DNA of 63,616 nucleotides, counting the filler. It is 9 parts of 9 records of this genome, joined end to end, with 100 filler letters (N's around TTAATTAATTAA, not from the genome) between each part and the next. Parts side by side here need not be neighbours in the genome. Positions count along the whole stretch, not along the records: positions 1 to 7,081 come from SRR31147125_38385; positions 7,182 to 15,393 come from SRR31147125_38458; 7 more parts are not named here. One strand, written 5' to 3'. Both the position numbers and the translations under genes were made by a program. This document shows positions 1 to 9,827 of this stretch, one piece after another. The stretch's first letter is position 1. Each line of letters opens with the position of its first letter. The notes under the pieces are model-generated. The model saw nothing but the letters and a program-made list of their open reading frames with translations. It did not search any database and was not told the origin of the DNA.

Positions 1-1623
1 GGCGAACTCTCGCGGATGTCAATCCGCTTAACGTAAAAATCGGCTGGTATTATTGAAGATATAAAAGACGATGCTAAATTTTCAAAGACTGTTTGTGTGC
101 CTGGATCCTGGTCTTCGTCATTGAGAAATAAAAAATCTGTCACATTGTTCGTAGATTCATAATCTTGTTCAAATCGAATGGTTTTTGAAATAATATTTTG
201 TAATTGCTCACTGGTATGAACCGGAAAACGCCCGATTGCCAAATCCGGTATAGAGTCGTTTTCAAATATATTGATTGTAAACCATTCATCAATGGGAATT
301 TTCCCTTCCTCTGCATTTGACGAGGTGATCAGAACGGACGGTATGATTTCCGTGTCACCAATGAGAAGAAGATATCGGGGTTCCGGTTTTTGCCAGAATT
401 TTTGTGTATAACTGACAAAATCCCGAATGGCATTTACTTTGGAATCCGTATCCTGGAATTCCGAATAGATTTGTTGCAGATCCACTTTTATTACGTTTAA
501 TCCCTGCCCTTGCCGCCAGTCCACAAATTCTGCAAGCTGGTTTTTAAAATTTTCCGGTGTTATAATGATATAGTCAGCCTGGTTGCCGTAGTAGCGAAGT
601 TCATTTTGATCGTAATCATCGAAAAAATAAAGATCCCGGTTGTTGAATATCCATCCTGCATCGGTGAGATTCTCTGCTACGATTTGAATGAGTTTTCCAT
701 AATCATCGTAAAAATATGATTTTCTAGAAGCATCACCCCATCTATCGTCGAAATAAAAATACCGTTCATGAAACAGGGTTGATAATCGATTGTGGTCATC
801 ATAGATGAATTCTTCTCTAAAGTTTACGGTCAGGGTATCCATGCTCAATCTCTGATACTGTAAATATTCTATCAGGTTACCCGTTTCGTCGTAAATGTAT
901 TCCCCTCTTTCACGCTTCCTCCAAACCACATTAGAAAGGACGTCTTTTTTATATTCAATTAAATATCCATCATTATTGTAGATAAATGATGTTTTATGCC
1001 ATACGTTCCAGGCTGGATAACCGATACGATTATACCAACGTTCTTCTAATTCTTCTATCAGCCTGTTTTCCATATCATATTGGTAGGAATATCTGTAATA
1101 GTTTTGCCACTCTCCATCCCGCCATCGTTGTATTATTTTTTGTTGCAGGTTATCGTTCTCATCATAAGAGTACAAGTATTTCCTGTCGTTGGTCCAGATC
1201 ACATGATAATTTTTTACCTGCTCAATCTGTTCCATAAGCTGATTTTTCGAATTGTAAATATAATATTTTTTAATATTCTCCAGCCAACTATCTCCACCCA
1301 GATACTCGATTGAAAATTCAAGAAGATTTTTTTCCAGGTCATAGAAGGAAATTTCTTTTTTTTTGATCTGCCCAGGCACCATCCACCCAAATTTGGCTTG
1401 TTTTTTTAACAAGATGGGTATCGTATTGACATGGTTGAAGAGTGAGAGGAATGTGGGAGAGGTTATTATGAGGTGAATTGTGTTGACGGAGGTCTGTTTT
1501 TGGACTTGATGAATGACTGCCAGTATTTAATGCATTCAAATCGAATAATGGTTGAGGCTGAACATCCCCCAAAAATAAAAATAAGAGCAAAATGAGTGTT
1601 TGTTTTATGAATGCGAGCAGCAA
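1..1623 (-). CDS. Secreted protein with YD-like/DUF3836-like repeats followed by a C25 (gingipain-family) peptidase domain; frameshifted at a T9 run (1356-1364); runs off the window start
   Basis: GAGGTG RBS precedes TTG at 1623 and a signal-like N-terminus. Removing one base from the A9 run joins the 94-aa ORF to a long open frame that I translated by hand. It has repeats such as WTNDRKYLYSYDENDNL and WQNYYRYSYQYDMENRL, then QADYIIITPENF...DWRQGQGLNV...RYLLLIGD...PDLAIGRFPV, typical of C25. Confidence 0.8.
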
Positions 1624-2011
1624 AAATCACCTCATTTTAAGTATGGATATGTATTAGTAAAAATTAAGAGTTAAATGGTAAAAAATCAAGATAAATGAAT
1701 ATTGTTTGAAGGATTTTATTGAACTTTTATCCGTAATTATTTTACAGATATAGATTTTCCCGGGAGGAATGGTATATTAGGATGAAAAAATAACAGACCC
1801 TTTTTAATTGAGCTAAACCGTTACCAAATAAAATAGCTATTTCTGCATGTTGAAAAAGGAATGTTTTGTTAGGCAGATGATCTAATAGTGGTTGTACTCA
1901 TGTTGGGAATAAATGATCAAACCTTTAAAGTGGCCATAGCAAATCTAATTGAGTTTTCAGATGAACATGAAAATAAAGAAAATGTGATTACGTTATGCCT
2001 TAAACGGACTT

Positions 2012-4570
2012 TTATTCATACCTCAAACATTCAACAATATTGGCCCTCATGGCACGGATCGCAGGCATGATTCCGGCAAAGAAACCGGCGGTTACCATGA
2101 AAAATACGGTGATGAGGGAGACAACCATCGAGTTTTGGGGCGCGAATAGCATCATCAGGGATGTGTTTTGCGCGCGCAGAGTGTCTATTAAGACGTTCAG
2201 GATATAATTCAATCCCCAGCCAATGAGAAAACCGATGATCCCACCGAAAAAGGTAACAAGCAGGGCCTCAGTGAGAAATTGCTGAAAAATATGCTTTTTA
2301 AAAGCGCCTACAGCTCTTCGAATCCCTATTTCACGCATTCGCTGAGTGACAACAAAAAACATGATATTCATCACTCCAACAGCTCCGATTAATAAAGTGA
2401 TAACGCCTACCCCTCCAAGAAAAATCTCAAGTGCCAGTACAATCGGGCCTACTGCCTGTAATATAGATAACTCACTATATATACCTAACGCATCTTTATC
2501 TTCCGGTTCAAATCCATTTAACCGGGCCAGTTTGTTTCGGATTTCTTCTTCAGCCTGTTTATAACGAGCTTTTTCAACTGGGGAGACGAGTATTCTGGAA
2601 AAATAACCCTCTTCATTAAAATCCATAAAGGCGGTGGTGATCGGGATAAAAAGCTTTTCATCATCCAGTGAATCTCTAATGGACATTTGCATGCCTTTGG
2701 GCCTGGCTGTTCCTATGACACGATATCGAATACCTTTTACTTTTACATATTTTCCCAGCGCATCAGCAGTTTGACTGCCAAAAAGACGCTCCTTAATCGT
2801 TGCACCGAGAAAACAGACACGGCGCTTTTCATCTATATCGCCCTGATTAATAAACCGTCCTTCAGCAACGTGATAATTCCGCATCTGCAGTGTACCAGGA
2901 GCCACGCCAAGGGTGTGCACAGCGCGATTCTCATTTCCGACCTTGAAGACCGGTCGATCACAATTGTATTCCGGTAAAACCTGGTTTATATCAACAGAAA
3001 AAGCCTTCAAAGCCTGTAAATCTCTTTCAGTCAGGCGCACTCGTTTTCCGGTTCGATATGTGCCTTTTTCACTTTTAATTCGGCCAGGGTTCACGTAAAT
3101 TGTCTCTTCTCCCATTTTACCGAATTCTCTGTTAAAAAATCCCCTGAAACCGGCACCAAAGCCGATGAGTACAATAATCGCAGCGATCCCCCAAAAAATG
3201 CCAAATACGGTAAGAAAAGTACGGGTTTTATTAGCCCGTATTTCCAGTAAAGCCTGACCAACAAGTTCACCCGTTATAGTTCTGGATACCCATAACGGTT
3301 CAGGGGTTTTGGCAGATTTGGATGCCTCGCCGCGATCGAACCTTAATGCGTCAACAGGTTGCAAGTTGGCTGCATTTTTCGCCGGAATATATCCTGAAAT
3401 GATGCCGGTGAAAATCATAACCATAACAACGATCAATGACAGCTCAACCGAATGTTGTGGCAGTGGGATGGCGGGGGGAAGAGGAAGCAGATTGATGCCA
3501 CCTAACAATGCGGAGCCCAGCAAAAAACCGATAAATCCACCAATCGAGGTAATAAAGAGGCTTTCAGCTAAAAATTGTAAGCGTATATCTCTTTGTTTGG
3601 CTCCCACTGATTTACGAATGCCGATTTCACTGGTCCGTTCCTGTACGGACAGGAACATGATATTCATAACGCCTATACCGCCAATTAAAAGAGTCACTAT
3701 TCCGATCATTCCCAACAGGATGTTGAGCCCCAGAGTGAGATATTTAAACATCTTTTCAAAAAATGCAAATTCAAGGAGAAAGAGTGCCTCCTGATCTTCC
3801 GGATCGTAATGGTGTCGATCAGCCATGACCTTGCGAATCTCTTTTGTCGCCTGACTGGAACTAACCCCCTCGGTCGCTTTCGCAAATATGATATCAAGTG
3901 ATTTTCCATCGCTCCATAATTGCTGAGCTGTCGTTAACGGCACAAGCACCTGATCATCGTGACGCGTGTTGATTTGCGACGTCTGGGATTTTTTCTCGAT
4001 AGCCACTCCTACAACCTGAAAACTTATACCACGTATTCGTATTTTATCTCCAATGGGAGAGGATTCCGGCCCGAATAGCTGTTCTTTAACATTGTTACCG
4101 ATGAAAGCAAAGCGTCTTTTGTTTTTAATATCCTCATCTGTAATAAAGCGTCCCTGAGCCACATACCAATTATTCATTTGTTTGGCAACAGGTAGAATTC
4201 CGCGAATACCATATCTGCGAGATTCGTTGCCATATTTTACTTCATAATTTCGGTTTACTTGCGGATTTACAGTGCCAACTGATGGGCATAATTCTGTAAT
4301 CGCATCTATGTCCTTCATTTCTACGACAACAGGACGACCGGTTTTATATCCACCTACGCCAGTCGACGTGTGACCACCCGTGAAAAAGATTAAATCTTCA
4401 CCGATCTTGCTCATTCCCTCATGCATATAGTCGCGAAACCCGAATCCCCATCCAAGAAGGATCATGATAGCCATGATACCCCAGATAATTCCAAACAGAG
4501 TGAGTGTACTGCGAAGTTTGTTGGCTTTAAGATCAAAAAGAGCCTGTTTTATAATCTCTGACAAAAGCAT
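2012..4570 (-). CDS. ABC transporter permease made of two tandem MacB/FtsX-type units
   Basis: Both halves have the NKxRxxLTxFGIxWG start, a periplasmic domain with GRFI, and GVMNIMF...R..EIGIR..VGA...QFL.E motifs. Confidence 0.9.
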   Translation of the reverse strand: MLLSEIIKQALFDLKANKLRSTLTLFGIIWGIMAIMILLGWGFGFRDYMHEGMSKIGEDLIFFTGGHTSTGVGGYKTGRPVVVEMKDIDAITELCPSVGTVNPQVNRNYEVKYGNESRRYGIRGILPVAKQMNNWYVAQGRFITDEDIKNKRRFAFIGNNVKEQLFGPESSPIGDKIRIRGISFQVVGVAIEKKSQTSQINTRHDDQVLVPLTTAQQLWSDGKSLDIIFAKATEGVSSSQATKEIRKVMADRHHYDPEDQEALFLLEFAFFEKMFKYLTLGLNILLGMIGIVTLLIGGIGVMNIMFLSVQERTSEIGIRKSVGAKQRDIRLQFLAESLFITSIGGFIGFLLGSALLGGINLLPLPPAIPLPQHSVELSLIVVMVMIFTGIISGYIPAKNAANLQPVDALRFDRGEASKSAKTPEPLWVSRTITGELVGQALLEIRANKTRTFLTVFGIFWGIAAIIVLIGFGAGFRGFFNREFGKMGEETIYVNPGRIKSEKGTYRTGKRVRLTERDLQALKAFSVDINQVLPEYNCDRPVFKVGNENRAVHTLGVAPGTLQMRNYHVAEGRFINQGDIDEKRRVCFLGATIKERLFGSQTADALGKYVKVKGIRYRVIGTARPKGMQMSIRDSLDDEKLFIPITTAFMDFNEEGYFSRILVSPVEKARYKQAEEEIRNKLARLNGFEPEDKDALGIYSELSILQAVGPIVLALEIFLGGVGVITLLIGAVGVMNIMFFVVTQRMREIGIRRAVGAFKKHIFQQFLTEALLVTFFGGIIGFLIGWGLNYILNVLIDTLRAQNTSLMMLFAPQNSMVVSLITVFFMVTAGFFAGIMPAIRAMRANIVECLRYE

Positions 4571-4639
4571 GCACGTTTTCTACTATTTCATTTTGATAAA
4601 GATATTACGGATTAATAGACCATTTTAATTCGCAGACCA

Positions 4640-5779
4640 TTATTTTGGCAAAATGACAACATCACCTTCCTTTACTCCCGATAGAACCTCCGTTTTGATT
4701 CCATCCGAGATACCTTTACTGATCTCGACTTTTCGATACCCTTGCTCAAGAGTTGAATCCTGAACATGAACAAAAGTCTGCTGATTTTCATAGCGAATGG
4801 CACCTTCCGGAAAAACAAGTGCGTCTTTATGTTCTTCGAGAATAATTTCCGCATCAGCAGACATACCTACCCGGAGTTTGTTATCTGGATCCTCAATTTT
4901 CGCTCGAATTTCAAAATTAATAATATCTTCCACTTCTTTTCCCATTGGACTCAGGCGTGTCAATTCTGCTGTAAAGTGTTCACCCGAATAAGCCTCTACG
5001 AAAATTCGCGTCGATTGACCGAGCTGTACTTTACTAATGTCCGCCTCATCCACATCACCCCGGAAATGCTTTTCAGATACATCCGCCAGCGTCATGATCA
5101 CGGTGCCACCAAATGCAGAGGACATTGGGATCACGGCACTACCTCTATCTGTATCACGGGATAGGACAATGCCCGCAATAGGGGCAATAATGGTCATGCT
5201 TCCAATAGCTTCTTTTGTCTCTTTTTCAATTTCAATCCGATCCTGTTTTGTCAGATCGATTTCATCAGCCAGAGCGGATACATTCGAACCCTGCTCCAGG
5301 ACTCGTATTTGGGCCATGGCTGCATAAAAACGTGCCTTTGCGGCATAAAACTCCATGGCCGCCTTGTCAAATTCATCCGGGGAGATGAGATTCTTTTTAT
5401 AAAGATCTTCCTTGCGTTGGTACCGTTTTTCTGTTACGTCCTTTTCATAAGCAGCGATTTTTACTTCACTACGAGCCTGAACCATTTCCATGGGCGTGGT
5501 CCCGGGTATGACTTCTACCAGTTTCTGTCCTGCGCTAACCTGGTCACCCTCTTCCACGTAGAATTGTTTAACCAATCCACCGATCTTGGATTTAATCTCA
5601 GCCTTGTAAAGAGGTTCAATTTTGCCTGTTGCTATGACTGTTCTAGCAATATCTCCTCTCTCTATTTTTGCTGTATTTGACGAGCTATTTTTATCTTTTT
5701 TTTGAATTCCTTTGACAGCAATAAAGGCGAGTGTAAGTATGATCCCGATAGTAATGAAAACAAGTATAACTTTTTTCAT
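4640..5779 (-). CDS. Efflux periplasmic adaptor subunit (MacA/HlyD family)
   Basis: N-terminal TM; ATGKIEP...IKSKIGG.V...YVEEGD.V..GQ lipoyl half-motif; IIAPIAG; VDEADI; LRVGMSADAEI; GISDG..TEVLSG. Adjacent to the permease. Confidence 0.92.
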   Translation of the reverse strand: MKKVILVFITIGIILTLAFIAVKGIQKKDKNSSSNTAKIERGDIARTVIATGKIEPLYKAEIKSKIGGLVKQFYVEEGDQVSAGQKLVEVIPGTTPMEMVQARSEVKIAAYEKDVTEKRYQRKEDLYKKNLISPDEFDKAAMEFYAAKARFYAAMAQIRVLEQGSNVSALADEIDLTKQDRIEIEKETKEAIGSMTIIAPIAGIVLSRDTDRGSAVIPMSSAFGGTVIMTLADVSEKHFRGDVDEADISKVQLGQSTRIFVEAYSGEHFTAELTRLSPMGKEVEDIINFEIRAKIEDPDNKLRVGMSADAEIILEEHKDALVFPEGAIRYENQQTFVHVQDSTLEQGYRKVEISKGISDGIKTEVLSGVKEGDVVILPK

Positions 5780-6108
5780 AATAACAGATTCTCCTCTTTG
5801 CCAAAGAGTTTATGGGATACAAAATGATCAATCGTTATGGTTGCACACCTGGGCGTTATTTGTCATTTTTTTATATTGTTGCTGTTCTTATGGAAGGATG
5901 CAGGTATATTCAGATAGTGAGTAAGGTAAAAACGTAACCTGGATCTATTCTTTTCTTAAGAAATATACGGTTTTACAAAAGGATTCAAAAGAAAATTAGA
6001 TTTTATTTCCTTCGTTTATTAATTGATATTACGGAAAATAAACAATACAAGTTTCTTAAGAGAAAGTATTTTTTTGAAATTATTCGAATAATTTTATTGG
6101 AGGATGAT

Positions 6109-6654
6109 ATGAAAAGATTTCAATCATTCATGTTAGTTGCCGTGTCACTGTTTTTTTTCTCTCAATTAAATGCTCAGGAAACAGCCCGTCTGCAGGTTAT
6201 TCATAACGCAGCTGATCCAGTCGCAGCCAGCGTTGATATATCTTGACGGAACAAGGTTACTTGATGATTTTGCCTTTCGGGCTGCAACGCCTTTTATTGA
6301 TGCACCGGCCAATATGCCCATCAATATTGGTGTGGCGTCGGGAACCTCAAGGTCTATCGACGACATTCTCGCTAATTTTGAGGTTACACTTTAGGCCGGA
6401 AGAAACTATGTGGTTGTGGCAAATGGTGTTTTGATTCCAATAATTTGGCCAGTAATCCGGATGGAATTGATATTGATTTTTCTCTTTTCCCATACGACAT
6501 GGGTCAGGAAAAAAGAGTGGTGCTGAACAATAGTCTGCAGGCAGGTCAATATCAGATACAATTTGATGCCAATGATCTGTCCTCAGGTGTTTATTACTAT
6601 CGCCTTTCAGCAGGAAACTACAGCGAGATGAAACGGATGACATTATTAAAATAA
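6109..6654 (+). pseudogene. Decayed secreted DUF4397-type protein with a T9SS-like C-terminal domain
   Basis: GGAGG RBS, ATG 6109, signal peptide, ARLQVIHNAADP. Frameshift near 6240, in-frame TAG at 6392-6394, frameshift near 6432, then a direct jump into ...DANDLSSGVYYYRLSAG...KRMTLLK. Confidence 0.8.
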
Positions 6655-6662
6655 ACAAAATG

Positions 6663-6702
6663 AAAAAGGGCCAGGATTATTAAAAATCCTGGCCCTTTTT
6701 TT
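6663..6702. terminator. Bidirectional intrinsic terminator
   Basis: Perfect 16-bp inverted repeat AAAAAGGGCCAGGATT-attaaa-AATCCTGGCCCTTTTT between convergent genes. Confidence 0.85.
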
Positions 6703-6790
6703 ATGATTTATTGCGAAAATAAAAAGTCCTTAACATGTCCGATTAAATAAAAGAAACCAAAATCCGCGACATAATTGAAAATACATTGTA

Positions 6791-6993
6791 CTAACCATTC
6801 AACTTTATTTTGATACTACTACCGGATTTTTTAAAAGTAAGTTTATCCTCTCGTGCCAGCCAGCCAATCGCGGCTGATATGATGAATTCAGACTCGTCCA
6901 TCTTTTTTTGATCTGAGCCACGGATAACTCTTCCTCTTTGCTGAGAAGCGTCCAGATATTTCCGGCTACATTCCCAATGACGTCATTTAACAT
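6791..6993 (-). CDS. Small winged-helix protein (DUF2582-like), frameshifted at T7 run 6903-6909
   Basis: IGNVAGNIWTLL N-terminus. Adding one A restores IKKKMDESEFIISAAIGWLAREDKL..., the GWLARE motif, ending at TAG 6793-6791. Confidence 0.8.
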
Positions 6994-7081
6994 GTCTTAT
7001 CTCCCTATGTATTAAATTTGTACTAGAACCGCAAATAATAAATCCCGGAACTAATTACCGAACTTTGCACGAAATTAAAGG

Positions 7082-7181
7082 NNNNNNNNNNNNNNNNNNN
7101 NNNNNNNNNNNNNNNNNNNNNNNNNTTAATTAATTAANNNNNNNNNNNNNNNNNNNNNNNNNNNNNNNNNNNNNNNNNNNN
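7082..7181. other. Artificial contig spacer
   Basis: N44-TTAATTAATTAA-N44, with stop codons in all six frames. Confidence 0.99.
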
Positions 7182-7636
7182 TCGTAATACCTTTTCCCGT
7201 CCATAAAAGAAACAGAATTAACAACAAAATGATTATGCAAATGTCCCTTATCCAAGTGTGTTGCAACAATTAATTCAAAGCGGTCTCCCCATAAATCCTT
7301 CGCTAACTTTATGCCAATTTCGTGCGCAATTTCCGGATTGGCTTCACCTGGCGCAAAAGACTGATAAGCATGATAGGCGATTATGCCCCCTTCCTTACTA
7401 AATTGTTTTTTGGTCAATATCATTTCTTCTCTGGCAGTATCGGTGTTACAATTGATTCCCGTAACGTAAAATTGTTTCTCAGTCTTATAATCTTGTGCGG
7501 TATATGCCATTACATCCCTGAGTCCTTGAACATCACTGTTTGAATATTCAAGATTCTCCGTCTTGTTTGGATTTTCAGCATACTTCAATACTTTATCGAG
7601 GCGGTTGGTTACATCCCATATTGCGGTGGTTGCCAT
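7182..7636 (-). CDS. Relaxase/mobilisation nuclease (MOBP type), 3' truncated by the contig end
   Basis: Motif I Tyr (LKYAENPNKT), AYHAYQSFAPGE, and ATHLDKGHLHNHFVVNSVS (3H motif). Confidence 0.95.
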
Positions 7637-7661
7637 ACGCTAGCGCTCCGGTTCTTTATAA

Positions 7662-7997
7662 TTATCCATCGTTTATCCTTTCCGGTTGTGTTACGGCTTT
7701 CCGAATAATCAGCAGTAGATTATTTAGATGCGTTGCTTCCCTTTTAAATTCTGGCGTGTCTATATGTCCTGTCGTGTTTGCTTTCGCTGCAATTTGATTA
7801 AGATTGTTTCCTATAGCATGTAACTCTCGAATCATGGAATGATAATCAAGAGGAGGCAACTCTCTGGGTATGTAGCCATTGATAAGGGAGCGTATATATG
7901 CTTCCTGTGAAAGACCGCTTTTTTTAACCTGGCTTTTTAAATGTTGATGCTCACTGAGGTTCAGCCGAACAATAATTTGCTTAGCACGCTTAATCAT
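7662..7997 (-). CDS. mobC: Relaxosome accessory protein MobC
   Basis: Ribbon-helix-helix N-terminus and ELHAIGNNLNQIA motif; directly upstream of the relaxase. Confidence 0.92.
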   Translation of the reverse strand: MIKRAKQIIVRLNLSEHQHLKSQVKKSGLSQEAYIRSLINGYIPRELPPLDYHSMIRELHAIGNNLNQIAAKANTTGHIDTPEFKREATHLNNLLLIIRKAVTQPERINDG

Positions 7998-8049
7998 CGT
8001 TGAGGCCCATGTGCTGAATTGCTTTTTGCATAATAAACTCCTTTATTAC

Positions 8050-8131
8050 GGGGTCTAAGGGCACTCCCTTACAAGCGAATTTTGATAATGCTATCAAAAT
8101 TCAGTGCTTGCTACGACAGCGCAGAGCGCTG
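8050..8131. promoter_or_regulatory. Putative origin of transfer (oriT)
   Basis: Intergenic and upstream of mobC. Inverted repeats TAAGGG-cact-CCCTTA and GAATTTTGATA-atgc-TATCAAAATTC, followed by GTGCTTGC, resembling MOBP nic sites; third repeat CAGCGC-aga-GCGCTG. Confidence 0.7.
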
Positions 8132-8156
8132 CCCCTTTACCCGCCGGGAAATGAAA

Positions 8157-8942
8157 TCATCGTTCTAAATCATGTGAATCGCGGTTCTTTCGGGTTTTCC
8201 TATTGTTCTTTTCAAAGTGATCCAATTGTTTAAAACCGACACTGTCCACATAATATGCGGTGCTTTTACCACGTTCCCGAATAACAACCACGTCGCTTAC
8301 CGATAGGGAATGTCCTTTGAAATCCACCGGGTGCTCCATGTTGAATTTATAGAATAGGTTCTCCAGTGTTTCATGTGGACGCATATGGCCTGAATACACC
8401 AGATCATAATTCTGGATGTCACACGGGATACCTTTTTGCTTAAGATGGTCATATGATTCGAATCGGATGTCGTGCATTTCTTTCGAGCGCTTGATCTGAT
8501 AAATTGAGAACTGTCGGAGTGGCGAAGTATCCGGGGACTCTGTGATATCCTGATGCTCTGTTGCTTCCGGCACGGGTTCCGGTTCCACCTTCTGTGCGTG
8601 TATCTTGCCGCTTATTGAGTAGAATACTTCCGGTGATTCGAAGATCTTTGCATATTTGTCGGCTAGCTCGTCAGGAAGCGATGTAAAGTTGCCCTCACTC
8701 AGTCCGACGATGAGAAAGGTTCCGGCAATGATATCGATCATCTCACCTTCGTTACCGTAAATGGCGCGATTGAGTGGCAACCCGTCCAATTTACCTTCCT
8801 CGTTACACACGAGCCCCACCAAATCCTCATATGGGTATGTGGCCTGTATGTATCCTCCAACCTCATGCTGCAAAGAACTCAGACCGGAGTCGATATCCTT
8901 GATATACGGCTCTTTCAGGGGTTCTACAACCAATACGTTCAT
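8157..8942 (-). CDS. DUF3846 plus YodL domain protein
   Basis: VLVVEP..PY...LQ..VGGYIQ...VCNEEGKL.GLPLNR N-domain and IYQ...YDLVY.G...LE.L..KFN..HP.DF.GHSLSVSDVV...YYVDSVGF YodL domain. Confidence 0.88.
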   Translation of the reverse strand: MNVLVVEPLKEPYIKDIDSGLSSLQHEVGGYIQATYPYEDLVGLVCNEEGKLDGLPLNRAIYGNEGEMIDIIAGTFLIVGLSEGNFTSLPDELADKYAKIFESPEVFYSISGKIHAQKVEPEPVPEATEHQDITESPDTSPLRQFSIYQIKRSKEMHDIRFESYDHLKQKGIPCDIQNYDLVYSGHMRPHETLENLFYKFNMEHPVDFKGHSLSVSDVVVIRERGKSTAYYVDSVGFKQLDHFEKNNRKTRKNRDSHDLER

Positions 8943-8978
8943 TAGAAATCCTCCTTTTTATGACTTATACAACCTTAA

Positions 8979-9323
8979 CTATGCCGATTCAGAGCGTTGT
9001 CCTAATAACTGATGGGAAAGTAATTGAATAGCGCAGAGCGATGTACAGCGCCTCCTGTCTTTTTCAAAAGTCAACATGACAAGTGATCCAACAGGAACAG
9101 TATTAATCGCAAGGTATTTATCTTTTTGCCATGTTGATGCTTTTATTTTTCTCCCGTCCAACAGCTCATAGTACCCAATGATATTTTTACCATTACCCCA
9201 TAGTTTTGCCTTCAACGTTCCAACAACGGTACCTTCAATAGAAGGAAATGCGTAGGAGTTCATGTCAAAACCGGAAGCCTTTAATTTATAATGTGTGTCT
9301 GCGAACTTATCTTTTCCTTTCAT
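8979..9323 (-). CDS. Hypothetical protein
   Basis: 114-aa ORF whose start overlaps the upstream stop (ATGA). Confidence 0.6.
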   Translation of the reverse strand: MKGKDKFADTHYKLKASGFDMNSYAFPSIEGTVVGTLKAKLWGNGKNIIGYYELLDGRKIKASTWQKDKYLAINTVPVGSLVMLTFEKDRRRCTSLCAIQLLSHQLLGQRSESA

Positions 9324-9679
9324 ATCTCTGTTTCACCTTCCTCGCCATAAAGCGTAATCTTCTGTATACCTTCCAGCGTTGTTGCTACAATGCCAAGTCT
9401 TTTCGCCAGCATGATTTCCGTTTCCATGTCTTCGGTAATATCATCCGAACAAGCCACAAGTACACGGCAACGTCGTAGAAGGGCAAGAGCCATTTCTCCA
9501 GTTGCCTTACGTTGCTCCGGAATATTATCATCCATAAATTGTGGAAACAGCAGATATGGACAGATCGGAACAAACCCCATTTCATACAGAAGCCGGCAGT
9601 ACTCTCGGGCCTTACGCATGTTGTGCTTCTTGTTCCCGCGATATGGTGCGGAAACATAAGCAAACGCTTTTTTGTACAT
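9320..9679 (-). CDS. DUF4406/DUF7768-like protein (nucleoside deoxyribosyltransferase-like fold)
   Basis: AYVSAPYRG...AREYCR...G.VPICPYLLFPQFMDD...LLRRC...M..EI..A pattern; AAGGAGG RBS. Confidence 0.75.
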   Translation of the reverse strand: MYKKAFAYVSAPYRGNKKHNMRKAREYCRLLYEMGFVPICPYLLFPQFMDDNIPEQRKATGEMALALLRRCRVLVACSDDITEDMETEIMLAKRLGIVATTLEGIQKITLYGEEGETEI

Positions 9680-9799
9680 GAACAGTTCCTCCTTAAATTA
9701 AATAACGGTATCTTTAGCGATACCGATTCTGAGCCATTAATAAGAAATGCATTTATTACCTGTTGTTTTTTACATGAGATGCGAATATACTATCGTATA

Positions 9800-9813
9800 C
9801 GAACTTATGTTCT
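9800..9813 (+). promoter_or_regulatory. LexA/DinR (SOS) box
   Basis: CGAACTTATGTTCT matches the Firmicutes GAAC-N4-GTTC consensus and ends 14 nt before the dinB ATG. Confidence 0.8.
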
Positions 9814-9827
9814 CATGGTGGAAATTG

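Noticed and set aside
1356-1364. Phase variation or programmed frameshift at the A9 tract
   Set aside because: Cannot be excluded, but similar indels elsewhere in the window make sequencing error more likely.
6392-6394. TAG readthrough (pyrrolysine or recoding)
   Set aside because: The same gene has two frameshifts and a large deletion, and TAG is a real stop at 6793-6791.
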